From assembly GCA_013416795.1 (NCBI GenBank), contig RQSC01000033.1:288567-352566 (forward strand): a stretch of 64,000 nucleotides of DNA, read 5' to 3'. Below the pieces are notes generated by a model. That model ran no database searches. It saw only the letters and a list, made by a program, of their open reading frames with translations, and was not told the DNA's origin. Every line of letters starts with the position of its first letter. Within the stretch, counting starts at the first letter, position 1. Positions 20,901 through 31,917 of this stretch are shown one piece after another. The DNA comes from Prasinococcaceae sp. CCMP 1430 (lineage: Eukaryota; Plantae; Prasinodermophyta). The translations under genes were made by a program, and so were the position numbers.

Positions 20901-21107
20901 GCAATCAATGCCTACAGACGCAGCCTGCGGCACCACCGCGCAGCCTCCCTGCGAGGCGAGCTGCTGAAATGCTTCGCCCTTGGCCGTCAGCTCGTCGGCG
21001 GTGAGGTCGACGCACGACGAGTCACCCGATTGAGCGAGTGCATCGGAAGCGGAAACGGCGACGAGGGCCGCAACTGCGACGCAGGTGGACAGTGCTGGGA
21101 GGCGCAT
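17982..21107 (-). CDS. FG-GAP repeat protein 2: signal peptide, ShKT-like Cys domain, two 7-bladed propellers
   Basis: ATG 21107; signal peptide MRLPALSTCVAVAALVAVSASDALA; ICPESCGAC; 14 FG-GAP blades; apparently intronless; paralogous to 12785-15706. Confidence 0.9.
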   Translation of the reverse strand: MRLPALSTCVAVAALVAVSASDALAQSGDSSCVDLTADELTAKGEAFQQLASQGGCAVVPQAASVGIDCDTDLSSSDAAQGFSPGISGTLNDICPESCGACAPPAGSPGGDSAESDGAETAPTFISNATRLLHPTNSAGDAFGAATVITADHALVGSRCIEADCLIDTAWLYERQVDGTFGVATPLTQPDPQPDDRYGDVIALDGDSALVAKYNYDADNATTDSGAVVVFDRDPTTGEWSLTTTLAPDDLGPYAYFGLGMALRDGTAVIGAYNTPCPDVETDAAYLANMTFGDLEGVPEGQRCGRAYVYERDTATGEWALLQTLVASDASTDDRFGFGQTVENGTIVVAAPGYSSERGALYVFEKQADNGGEYVETAKILHSGGDQFHKFGEGSVALSGDTLAVGSSYGCCGDFHGWGREGEIVVLVRRGDAWVEQATLRAHDGHENNFFGYLTLLDGDVIATGVPGANREGGFAGSAHVFHRVCGEWSEVAVLTDPELAGGETFGSAIGLSGRDALVGADNDEVDAEGQGAAYLFAGLSAPANLCAECEQSYADFEAQFLARQSEMAAGNVDDPLEVSEAQRIVHGDGSADDAFGHGVAASDDGNTILVGAFGTNLFQGAAYVFERQDDGTFEEVAKLMASDGKAGDSFAGYVALDGDIAVISAHRQDAGPNASLVNTGAAYVFERTDAGEWVETAKIQPPGLEPFALMSGSGGIAVQGDTVVIGAYNQPCEGVPFNQTAHEISYDYYSEYNPDLEALDLACGVAYVYVRQEDGGGWAQEAVLRPADATGGDVFGHNTAIDGDLALVAAEGNQDGRGAVYVFARESLENGTVQWREEAKLTHSYGNEGSGFASWVALDISGDTAVVGSASEGLAHIYQRIDGAWYEQATLSPIGGVAANETFGTSAVISDNLVVIGSVKNIWEDDATGTAYVFRRNCGEWNLVATLSPPPSEPLGDEFGRAVDLSNGTVVVSAVYHATAKDGTDAPGHGAADVFDLPADVMAEDACATDCPTAVDAAPHTVEACEQRVANLQCVVDALAA

Positions 21108-22237
21108 CTTGCGTTGGTTGTCCTCGACTTGGATAATGCTGCTGCCGTCGCTGCGTGTGCGCGACGGAAGTGCACCTCGCCGCGCGAGCGCGACGCCCTC
21201 TGAGGGCCGCCGGCAGCTGGGCGCGTGTGGCGCCCGCGCCAGGGCCTGCGCGCGTGCGAGACGTCGCCTGAGCGGTGACTGCGTGTCGCGTGCGGGCATG
21301 GCGCACGCTGGAAGTGTGCACGTGGCAGTCATCCCACTGCGCGTGCCGCGCACGCGTGCCGACTCGTCGTGGGAGCGCACGCACGTTTTTGTGGTCGGGA
21401 TAGATCGAATGTTTGCGTATCTATCCACATTTTTTGGTCCTCCACGTCAGCCAACATCGACCCGCGACACATTATCATCGCAGCGCGCGCGCCTTCGCCT
21501 CTCCCTTTTTCGAAGTTGCCGGAGCGCCTTCGAAACGCGCGCCGTTGCTGACGAGCTCGAGCCCCTCCCTCGAATCGGAATCCTCGCACGGTCGACAGGA
21601 GCCCTTTCGAGAGCACACTATCACTTCGTGCTTGGGCGGTGGTTGGACGGTTAGGCGACGCGGCGGCGTGTGCCGCACACACGCGCCGCTGGCCCGCGTG
21701 CAGCGCCACTTTTTGCGAACCCTGCTGCGATCGCGCGCGCGGCGCGTTTCGTCCCGTCAAAGGCGTCAGTGCTGGCTTTTGATGGCGCATGGCGCACTCC
21801 CGTGGCCACATGTGATTGCTTTTCACATATGTGTATGGCGATGGGCGACTCATACAACAATTCGGGAATGTGATGCCACCAATGCCGGTTGCCAATGCCA
21901 CCAACGGCACGACTGAACCTGTTGTGTTGGAAGCGATGATGTCGATCAAAGAGGATGTAGCCCCCCGCTGGTGAGGCGGTCCGCAGCTGACTCGGGCTGG
22001 TGCCCGCACACGGTCACGCGCCGGCGCCACAGCGCGCGCGGCCCCCCGCGCGGCCCGCCCGCGAACCGCCGGCCGCCGGCTGCCAGCGGCCCTGCGCGCC
22101 TGCGCCTCGGGGCGCCGCGCTGCGCGCTTTCGCTCGCTGAGGGGCGCTCTGGGCGAGGTGGTTGCCCAAAACGCTCGGCAAAACCACGGCCGCGCTGCCA
22201 CACGTCGTCCGGGCCGTCGGACTTAGCTCCAGAGAGA

Positions 22238-24795
22238 ATGTCGCGAGGGGGCCTTGCGAGACCTCCCCGTCGGGAGCCGAGGGTCCCGCTCGCTTGGCTC
22301 GCTGCGGTGCTGGCCGCAGTGGCAGCGCTTCTGACGGTACGGGCGAGCGCTGTGGGTGACCGCGCGCCGCCGCGAACGCATCTTGAGTGTGCGTGTGCGA
22401 TGATGGCTATTGCTCCAGCCTTGCTGACCGCATGGTGCCCTGTTGTGACTGCCCCTACCCCCGCGCCCCACCCTCCCGCGGTCGACGATCGGACGGACCT
22501 TAGGTCCTCCCGGCGGCCATTCCATCAATTCAGGTGTCGATCAACATAGCGAAGGCGTCAGGCAACTCGCCGGCGAGCTACGACTACGACTACGACTACG
22601 GGAGCGAGGACCACGATGCGGAAATCCGGAGGGTCATGCTGTATTTTATGGGCCTGTTTACGGTGCCCGCGGCGCTGGGAGCGGCGCTGGGAGCCATCGC
22701 GCTGGGCATGGCGCGGGCCGGCGGCGGCGGGCGCTGGCGCGCACGTGCGGTGGCGGGTGTGTTCGTCGTACTCTCGTTCGCCTACGTTGCAATGAGCGTG
22801 GCGTACCAATGCAAGTACCGCGACGAATGCGATACCTGGCTCGACACAACAGAGGTGCGTAAAAGAAGGCCATGGCCGGAGATGAGCGTGCGCGCGAACG
22901 ACCGCCGCACGCAGGCGCGCACTGTCGTGAGCGCGGTGGCCTCATGAGCTCTAACTGACATGCGACATGCTCCCGCTCGTATGCAGTGGGTGGCGTTGTA
23001 CCTGGGGATTGGCGGCTCGATAGCACTCGGCGCTGCGCTGCTGCTGGCCGTCGCCCCCTCGCCTGCCATTCTGGCGTCGAGGCTTCCAATGGTGGGCGCA
23101 ATCAGCGCCCACGCCCTCGTCGGCCGCGCGGCCTTTCTCGGCATCGCCGCTCACGGCATCCTGTACTTCTTCTATTGGCTGAGCGAGGTGCGGCACGACA
23201 ACGCGCGACTCATGGCGGGCTTACCACTCGCACACCCCTCTGCGTCGTTACTGACACGTTTGTGCTCTCGCTGCGCCTCCCACGCCGCGCTCACTCGTCA
23301 CATCTAGGGTGGACTGTCGAGGCTCTGGTCGGAAGCCACGGAATGGCCGAGCATTGGCATTGCCAACCTGCCCGGCGTTGTCGCCCTTGTGTGCGCATTG
23401 GTGCTGGTGGCGACGTCGCATGAGTACGTGCGGCGAGCGCTCTATACTATCTTCTACACGGGCCATATCGCCGGCACTGTCGGCTTCTACGTCTTCGGCG
23501 TCATGCACACGAGAGCCGTATTCTTCTACTGCGCACCTGCCAGCGTGCTGTGGGCTGCGGAGCTCGCGCGGCGTAGTTTGAGGCTCCGCAGTGCCGCGAA
23601 CGTCACTTGGCTCGGCGACGGGCTCGCGAGGGTGGAGCTGACACCCCCACAAAGGTCAAAGCTTGCTTCGCTACGTGCGGCGGGATGCGGTGAAGCGCAC
23701 GCAAACATTTCCAAAGCGGCTGCTCCGATTCGCTGCTGCTCTTTGGCGGCCCGCTCTCATCCCTATTCCGTAATCGAGTGCGCTGACGGCAGGCTGGTAG
23801 CGTACGTCCGCGCGGTGGGCGTCTGGAGCAAGGCGCTTGTCTCGGTGGCAGGCATGTCGTCAGCGAAGGTGGCCGAGGTGCCCTTAGTGTTCGACGGACT
23901 GCAAGAAAGCGCGTCGATCGGCGCCACAGGCACCAACGAGGAATTACTCCTCATTGGAGGTGGGACTGGCGTGGTACCGCTGCTAGCGTTCCTCCACAAC
24001 AGCTACGTACAGCGCGGAGGCGACGACAATCCAGCCAGTCGCCCGCGCCTGGTGATAGCGGCTCGCTGCGTAGCCGACGTTGAGATGCTCGAGGCGCTTC
24101 CTGCCCATGTCAAAGCGGAGGTGACGGTGTACCACAAGACGGGTGAGGCGAATAACGCCGCAGTGCGTGAGCGCGCCGAGGCAGCGCTCGACCGGCGCGG
24201 GCCAGGCGTCACCTCGGCGGCGAGCGCTGGAGCCAGTGCCGCTGCGCTCGCACTCTGCACCCATGCCTTCGCGTTGTTCGGGTTGGTACTCGGATTCAGG
24301 ATATCGTTCGAGCTGCCACAAGTGCCCACCTGGGCCCAGTCACTAGCAGCGATGACGCTGCTCAATGGCTTCGCCGTAGCCTTTTCCGTCGCGACGGCGC
24401 ACGTGTGCGTGTGGCTTCTGCAAGTTCTTTCCTCTTGCCGAAGAGGACGTGCGGGCAGATGGTGGTACAAGTTGGATCGTACGCCAGACGAGGGGGTCGA
24501 ACTCAGCCCGCCTACAGGAGTGTCGTCAGAGGACGAGGGAGAGAGCGAAGAGATGGTCGCACATGCCAACGACTCTGCGACGGCAGCGCCTGCCGAATGC
24601 ACCCTACGCGTCGTCGATGGTAGGGCAGACATTCCTGCAGTCGTGAAGGCCTTCGCGGCCAGCGCCGCGCTTCGAGGTGCCAAAGCGCGTGTCATGTCCG
24701 GGGGGGGTGACTCGCTGGTCGAAGCGGTGGCCACTGCTGCGGCGTCCTGCGGTGTCGAGGCCCGCGAGGCCGTGGTGAGGCTACACACCGTCTGA
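22238..24795 (+). CDS. Ferric-chelate reductase (FRO/NOX family)
   Basis: Exons 22238-22336, 22534-22854, 22987-23187, 23308-24795. Heme His in HALVG/AHGILY and GHI/VMH; FAD motif HPYS; NADPH motif LIGGGTGVVP; extra TM pair inside the NAD-binding region, as in plant FROs. Confidence 0.85.
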
Positions 24796-25653
24796 GTTGT
24801 ATGTGTGGATTTCCTGTAACTGTTTGCCAGCACAGCAATGTTCGGCGCCGCCGGGCTGTGGCGTCCCTCCCACGCAGACTCCCCCGTCCCCCTTTCGCCA
24901 CTGCCGGTGCCACCCGCGAGCCCCGGCGCTGACTGGATGCATGAGCCCCCTGCTCGCGCGCGCAGGGGTTGTGGCGAACCTCCGCTGCGCCCCCCCGCGG
25001 GAGCGGGCCGTGCACGCGTTTCCGTTTCACGCTTCGTTTTGATGCGCGTCTGATCCCGCGGCGTCCCCCAACCAACGCGCGCGTTGCGGCGTTCGTTCCC
25101 CCGCGCGCGCGCGCGCGCGCGCGCCAATTCGCCAACGAGTGGTTTCGAGTTTGGATGGGATTTCGATCCGTGAATTAGGTCGTTTCGTTCGCGCGCGTGC
25201 GCGTGTTTCATCCGCGCGTTCCGACGGGGGCCGCAGTCGCGCGCGAGGAACGGCGCGGACGAACGGCGGCGGCGGCGCCTGTGAAGGAGGGGTCGATTGC
25301 ACGCGCGCTGCCAGCGAGGAACGCGCGTGGGCGAAGGCCCCGCCTTGGCGGGCGCTCGGGGCGCCCCCCTCCCCGTGTAGGACCGCCCCCGGCCGGTGAC
25401 CTCACCTCGGGGCCCTGGTGGCCGCCGCTGGGCGCGCCACGGGGCGCCGCACCAGCGAGCGAGCGCCCTGGGCGACGAGGGAGGGCCGCGGACACGGGGG
25501 CGGGCGGCGGCGGTTGGACACGCAGTCGCGCGCGGCCCGTACTTGGGTACCGCCGCAGAGGTCGCGGCGCGCCACTGCGTGCGCGCCTGGCGCCGCGGGG
25601 GCGCAGGCGCGGAGGACCTCCCCCAGCCCGCGTGTTTCCCCCCACCGCGCGCC

Positions 25654-28034
25654 ATGGCGGCCAGCAAGCGTGGCAGCGGCGGAGTCGATCTCGACAACCG
25701 CAGCTGCCGCGACCTGTTCTTCCTGATTTTCTTTCTCGCCTTCTGGGTGGGCATGTTCATCGTCGCGGGCATCGCGGGCACTGAGGGCGACTACAACCGC
25801 CTGCTCTACCCGCTCGACGGGTATGGCGAGCAGGTACGCAGCAGCGTGAGAGCGACGGCGAGGGCGCGCGAGAGGTCACTCGCCCTGCGCGAGCGAGTGG
25901 ACGCGTTTACTCCGCCGAGCCCACGCGTGCGTGCCCATACCCACACCACCCCGCCCCCGAGTCGTCCTGCTGACCGCCGCGTACCCTCTGCTGTGCCGCT
26001 CGCAGTGCGGCGAGGACGGCCGCGGTCACAGTGCGCATTGGTTCGATGTAGGCGAGTTCGTCAGGTCCGGCCCCGTCGGTGCCGCTGACCACCGCGTGTG
26101 CGTGAAGAGCTGCCCCAAGTCTGGGCTGCTTGACATCATTAGCGGTGACTTCGACCTGAGCTCGCTGAACACGACGACCATCAAGGACTCGTTCGTGTGC
26201 TACTACAAGTACCAGTACTGCTTGGAGGAGGGGACGTGCGATGGCGAGCTGGAAGGCGAGGAGAAGTACGAGACGCAGTACGCTGATGAGCTAGTGGACT
26301 CTCTTGCAGCGCCCATCACCTTCTCGGACATCTCGCGCTGGTGCCAACCGGTGGCGCTTCCCACGAGCTCGGTGCTCAACCGCTGCTGGCCCGACGTGAG
26401 GCATACCGGCGCGAGCCAGGCGCTGGAGCGCTTGGTTAAGTCAACCAACGGGACCTTCGTGTACGGCGCCTTCGACATGGTGAGCGACGGCTTCTCCGAC
26501 CTGTACAAGGCGTACGCTGTGTGGACGGTTTGCGGACTGGCCATCCCGTTGGTGGCATCCTTCGTGTGGCTGGAGGTGATGCGCTACCTGTCGGGAGTCA
26601 TGGCATGGCTCACCGTGCTGGTGGTCAACCTGGTCTTCATCGCGCTCACCCTGTGGTGCTTCGTTAAGGCGGGCTTCATCGGCGAGGACGCCGTCAAGAC
26701 GATCGGGTACGATCTGCCCGATGCGTTGGACACCGCCGACGAGAAAAACAAGGAGCTCTTTGAGTACCTGTCGTACACGGCCGCCGTAGTCACTGGCCTG
26801 ATGCTACTCTTCACGATCATCATGATCCCGCGCATCCGCATCGCCATCGCGACGATCAAGGTAGCTTCGCAGGCCATTGGTGCCATGCCCCTGATCATTT
26901 TCTTCCCTCTGGTGCCCTTCGTGTTCATGGTGGTGCTCGTCGTGTACTGGGCGCTCATCTCGGCGCTCATCTACACCGCAGGCGAGATCACCCTCGACGA
27001 CGTCCAGTGCGCCGACCTGGCGTTCCGTGCCACAGCCGCCGATGAGTGCTTCGGATACTCGACTTCGTGGGACGAGCGGCTGCGCTACGGGTTCCTCTAT
27101 CACCTTTTCGGGCTGCTGTGGACCGCCCAGTTCATCATCGGCGTGGCACTGACCTCAATCGCTGGCGCGGTGGCGAGCTTCTACTGGAGCCGCGGCGACA
27201 GCGACGCCATGCCGAGCTCGCCCGTGTTGAAGTCCTTCCGACGCACCTGCCGCTACCACCTTGGCTCCATCGCCATCGGCTCCTTCGTCGTCGCGGTGAT
27301 TCAGACGGTGCGCATCTGGTTGGAGTACGTGGACAAAAAGACCAAGGAGGCCCAGGCGGCCAACGCGCCGCTTCGCTTCCTCATGTGCTGCGCGAAGTAC
27401 TGCCTGGCGTACCTCGAGTCCGTCATGAAGTTCATAAACCGCAACGGGTACATCATGATTGCTGTCAAGGGCAACAACTACTGCTCGAGCGTCAGCCACG
27501 CGGCGGGGATCATTGTGCGCAACGCACTGCGCATGGTGGCGGTCAACACCGTGGGCGATGCCATTCCCTGGCTCGGCAAGATGCTCATCTCGGTCGGCGC
27601 GGGCGTTCTGGCCTTTTTTGCGTGCGATCTGCCCGAGTACTCGGAGGGCGACTCGCAGGTCTCCTCGCCTCTCTTCCCGGTCGTTGCAACCGTCATCTTC
27701 GCGTACTTCGTTGCTGACTGCTTCTTCAGGTGCGCGAGCGCACTCGCTCTCGCGGGCGGATGCGCATTCGCGCACATGTCTTGCCCTGTGCGCAGCAGCT
27801 CGCTCGCTCGCTCGCTCGCTCGCTCGCATGCGCTGACTTGCGCTGGCCGCCTCGCGCAGCGTGTTCGAGATGGCGGTGGACACCATCCTTCTCTCGTACT
27901 GCGAGGATTGTGACGTCAACGACGGCGTGCCACAGTACGCCCCGAAACTCCTTCTGGAGGCCATTGGGCTCAGCGAGAAACAACTTCGCAAGCATCAGGC
28001 AGAGACTGCGAACCCGGCTGCCAACAAGGCGTAA
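25654..28034 (+). CDS. CTL1: Choline transporter-like protein (CTL/SLC44)
   Basis: Exons 25654-25833, 26006-27729, 27860-28034. Motifs RSCRDLFFL, LWTAQF, RYHLGSIAIGS, KFINRNGYIMIA, SVFEMAVDTILLSYCED. Confidence 0.95.
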
Positions 28035-28177
28035 CTTAAGACATCGTAGCCTCGCGCAGCGCAAGTTGAGCAGCTTGCCGGTGCGGTGATATGCACAACG
28101 TGTGATGTGACCTTGCTCGCACACTTGCGGTGGGCGGGGCTGCGCGTCGCATTGGTCGGTTCTATAGGCGTGGCGAA

Positions 28178-29579
28178 TCATCCGCAGCCGCGAGCGGCGG
28201 CAGCGACAGCGTCAATCTGAGCGAATACGGCGCTGAGCAGTGGCTCCCCGCCCTCGTGAGCTCCTGCTGTTGGTAGGAGCTTTGAGTAACCTCCTGCCTC
28301 GTTCCAGGTCACTGGATAGCGGGCACGTCGCTGCTCCACTGTCTCAGGCGCGCCCTCCTCATCAATCTGCCCTCGGAGGTCGTGCCATAAAGCCCGAGCC
28401 TCGGGGGCCTCCACGTAGTGCAGCGAGACGGCGTCGGGCACGAGCCCGCAGGCCATCAAATACGAGCTGTTTAGCCCGGCGTTCTCCTGGTATTGAACAA
28501 ACCAGTCGTCTGCACCAGTACCGGCGATGGTCTTGACGAGCCCATACGTGTTGAAGAGGGAGCATCCGTCAGCTGCTCGCGACTGAGCCCCGCCAATGGT
28601 CACGTTCTGAAAGTGCGTCTGCAGGCAGGCCGCGAGCTGCACATCCACCCCGCCTTTTGATTTGCTCAAACAATTCGGATCGGTCTCGGCATCTTTCCGG
28701 ATGAGTGCATTTGCCGTGGACGACGACATGGCGTATCCAGCGCCGCCCGACACGAAGCGTTCGCGGCCGCCAGCACCGGTCGCGAGTTCGCTGCCCAAGA
28801 CGAGCAGGTGCTCGCCACTCGGTGTATGCCGCCACAAGAGGCGGGCTAAGTTGGCTGGGACGAGGAAGGTCACCGAGTCCACGCATACTTATGCCGCGGC
28901 GTCGGACGAATCCGGTATCAGAGCGAGGCGATGCGCGGCTCACGGCGCCTCAGTCTGCGCCCGCGCGCACTGGCGACGCACCTATCCAATCAGATTTGTC
29001 CACCAAAAGTGCGTCGCGCATGGCGCGTAGCAAGTTCGCCCCGGGCGTCTTTGAAGACTGCGACATCACCAGGCGATGTCTGCTGTTCACACCTAGCGCA
29101 CTCTCGAGAGATGGATGTCCAGCCGCCTTCAGGCTCGCCTGCTCGTCCTCCAACCCCACCGCAAAGCGGAAGCGAAAGGTGACCCCACACCAGTGCTCTT
29201 GGCTTGCCCACGTCTCTACTATCCCCTCGATGCGCTCGGCATGACGCTCCAAACGACTAAAGCTCGTTGGCCACACCAGTACGCTCACTCGCAGGGACGA
29301 AGCTCGGTCTCCACGATGTGCAGCCGATGCGCGCGGCCAGAGCATGAGACCCCCAACACCGCTGCCGTTCGTCGTGCCCACGTCGTCTGCGCTGCCGGTC
29401 ACGAGCCTTAGCACGATGATCACGACCACGACAACCGTAGCGGCCAGCAGCACGACCAGTACGCGGTGAAGGCCACCGCGCGTCGTCCTGCCATGCAGAG
29501 GCCGGGCAGCGGCTCCGCTGCTGCCTGCCCGCTCGCCGCGCGTCGTCGCGCCGCGGTGGCTAAGCACCCCCCACGCCAT
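28178..29579 (-). CDS. GT31/fringe-like beta-1,3-glycosyltransferase, type II membrane
   Basis: ATG 29579; TM VLVVLLAATVVVVVIIVL; IVETWA; intron 28888-28981 gives DWIVCVDSVTFLVPANL; FVSGGAGYAMS; DVQLAACL; VSLHY. Confidence 0.8.
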
Positions 29580-30181
29580 GACCACCAACGGGGGGGGGAG
29601 GGGGGTCGATCGAGGGAGCCCACGCCCGAGCACTGACGGCGCACGGCGCCCCGCGCGGCGCGCGCGCGCAGGTGCTTGCGCAGCGGAGGCGCGGCGGCCG
29701 CCGCGGCGAGCGCGGCCGCGAGCGCAGCTGAGATGGGGGGCATCTTCGCTTCCCGGGGCGCGCAAGTAAGCGCGGGGAGGGCGGGGCGGGTCGCGTCCGC
29801 GCGAGGGTGTGGCACCACGTGCACTGCGCGAGTGCGCGCACGCGCGCTTTTTGTGGCATGGGAGATGGCGCCATCGGAGCGAGGCGCAGTGCGAAAAGGC
29901 CACGACAGGATGCTCGATATAGATCGACGGGCAAAAAGTAAACCCTGTTCCAAGAGCGGATGCGATTTGATTTGCTCGTGTGCACGGGCGTACCGTAATG
30001 TGAACCGATACCTCAGTTTCATAGATGATTACGCGCCCGCCGCCGTATATATACACGCCCTCCCCCCCCCCCTCCCCTCTTCCCGTCCCGTGCGGTTGGG
30101 AGAGGGGGCGAGCACCTTCCTTGACTTCTCTCCGACGTGACGAGGGTGAGTGGCCTGGGGCGGGTTGGGCGAGGGGGCCGG

Positions 30182-31765
30182 ATGGCGCGCATCGCCGTTG
30201 TCGGCGCTGGGCCCGCGGGACTATACGCGGCGCAGGCGCTTCTACGGGCGCGCGGCGGCGCGCTCACGGGCCTGGGGATGGCGGTCGACGTCATCGACCG
30301 GCTACCCACGCCCTTCGGCCTCGTGCGCACGGGCGTGGCACCCGATCACGCCAACACGAAGAAGGCCGAGGGCACCCTCGGGACTTTTGCAGCGTCAGCC
30401 GTGGCAAGCGGCGCGCTGCGCTTCTTCGGCAGCGTGCGCGTTGGCGAGGGGCGCCGCGCCGAGGCCGACAGTGCCGCGCACGTGAGCCTGGACGCACTGC
30501 GCGACGCGTACGATGCGGTAGTGCTCGCAGCTGGAGCTGAGGGGGACAACAAACTGCACGGCGTGCCAGGCGACAACCTGCCACGTGTGCTGCCCGCACG
30601 CGCAGCTGCCTGGTGGTACAACGGCCACCCCGACGCTGCGCTTGACCACCACGCGATGCTCGCCCGGGCCGTTGCTGGCGAGTGCGGCGGTGACACGGCG
30701 GTGGTCGTCGGCGCAGGCAATGTCGCGCTTGACCTCGGTGAGTCGGTGTCAGCGTCGCACCCATCACACGCTCGGGCGCGCCGTGCGCCGCGCGCTGCGT
30801 GCGAGCGTGCCGCGCTGACACCTCCCTGCACGTGCACACCAACCAACGCCCACCCCGCGAAAGCTCGCCTGCTGCTTTGCCCCCCGGAGCTGCTGCATGG
30901 CACGGACTGCGCGCCCGCAGCACTAGCTGCGCTCAAGGCGTCCACGCTGCGCAAGGTGACGCTTCTCGTGCGCCGCGGCCCCGCCGCGGCGGCGTTTACA
31001 CCAAAGGAGCTCCGTGAGGTGCTCGGCATGGATGGGATTCGCGTGTCCATCGACGGCGCACAGACTGCTGATACGCTTCTCACCGACGGGGATAGGGAAG
31101 CCATGGTCACTTCGCGCCCACGCCGACGCGTGTACGATTTGCTGTGCAAGGCGGCCGAGGCTGCCGGCGATAGCAGTGCCGCACGCGAGCTGGAGATGCG
31201 CTTTTTCACGTCGCCCTCGGCGTTCGTCGCTGGTGCGGATCGCTCCGACGGCGGGGTCGCACGCGTGGAGTGCCAGGCGCGCGGGGAAACGGGCGTCACG
31301 GACGCCATCGATGATGTGGCGCTCGTGCTCACATCCATCGGCCAGCGCGGTGTACCAATGGAAGGGGCGCCGTTCGACCACGAGCGAGGCGTCGTGCCCA
31401 ACGATGGTATGGGGCGCGTGGTTGCCGCGCCGGGTTCGACGGACGCCGTGCCGGGCCTGTACGTGGTTGGGTGGCTGAAGCGCGGGGCGAACGGCATCGT
31501 GGGCACCAACCTGGTGTGCGCGGGCAACACGGTCGCGTGCATCGAGGATGACATCGCACGAGGCACGCTCGTGCCCAAGGGCAGCGCCACCGATCCGGCG
31601 GACGTGATCCGTTCCGCCGCCGAGGCAAGCTCCACGCGCTCGGTGTCGTGGGCGGGCTGGGAGGCCATCGATGCGGAGGAGAGGAGGCTGGGCGAAGCTG
31701 ATGGGAGGCCGCGCCACAAACTGACCGACGTCAAGCATCTGCTAAGCGCAGCTGCGGCGTCCTGA
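30182..31765 (+). CDS. FDXR: NADPH:adrenodoxin oxidoreductase
   Basis: IAVVGAGPAG, PTPFGLVRTGVAPDH, WYNGHP, VVVGAGNVALD, RRGP...FTPKELRE, GWLKRGANGIVG. In-frame intron 30738-30863. Confidence 0.93.
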   Translation: MARIAVVGAGPAGLYAAQALLRARGGALTGLGMAVDVIDRLPTPFGLVRTGVAPDHANTKKAEGTLGTFAASAVASGALRFFGSVRVGEGRRAEADSAAHVSLDALRDAYDAVVLAAGAEGDNKLHGVPGDNLPRVLPARAAAWWYNGHPDAALDHHAMLARAVAGECGGDTAVVVGAGNVALDLGESVSASHPSHARARRAPRAACERAALTPPCTCTPTNAHPAKARLLLCPPELLHGTDCAPAALAALKASTLRKVTLLVRRGPAAAAFTPKELREVLGMDGIRVSIDGAQTADTLLTDGDREAMVTSRPRRRVYDLLCKAAEAAGDSSAARELEMRFFTSPSAFVAGADRSDGGVARVECQARGETGVTDAIDDVALVLTSIGQRGVPMEGAPFDHERGVVPNDGMGRVVAAPGSTDAVPGLYVVGWLKRGANGIVGTNLVCAGNTVACIEDDIARGTLVPKGSATDPADVIRSAAEASSTRSVSWAGWEAIDAEERRLGEADGRPRHKLTDVKHLLSAAAAS

Positions 31766-31917
31766 ACCGACATAATCACAATTCATTCTTTCCTGGCATG
31801 TGGCAATGCGCACGATGCGCGCGCCAGTCGAGAGCCTCAGCATGCGCCGGGTAGAACGGTATGGTCTGTCTGACGGTAGCTAGTCTAGGGCCACGGGCTT
31901 GGCGGCGACGAATCCCT

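Noticed and set aside
24003-25781. Long Arg/Ala/Pro-rich ORFs on opposite strands or alternative frames (here and throughout)
   Set aside because: Shadow ORFs expected in very GC-rich DNA; no domain signal, and they overlap better-supported genes.
13027-30863. Stop-free 3n introns (13027-13167, 17394-17501, 30738-30863) as regulated intron retention
   Set aside because: About one third of introns are 3n by chance, and stops are rare at this GC content.
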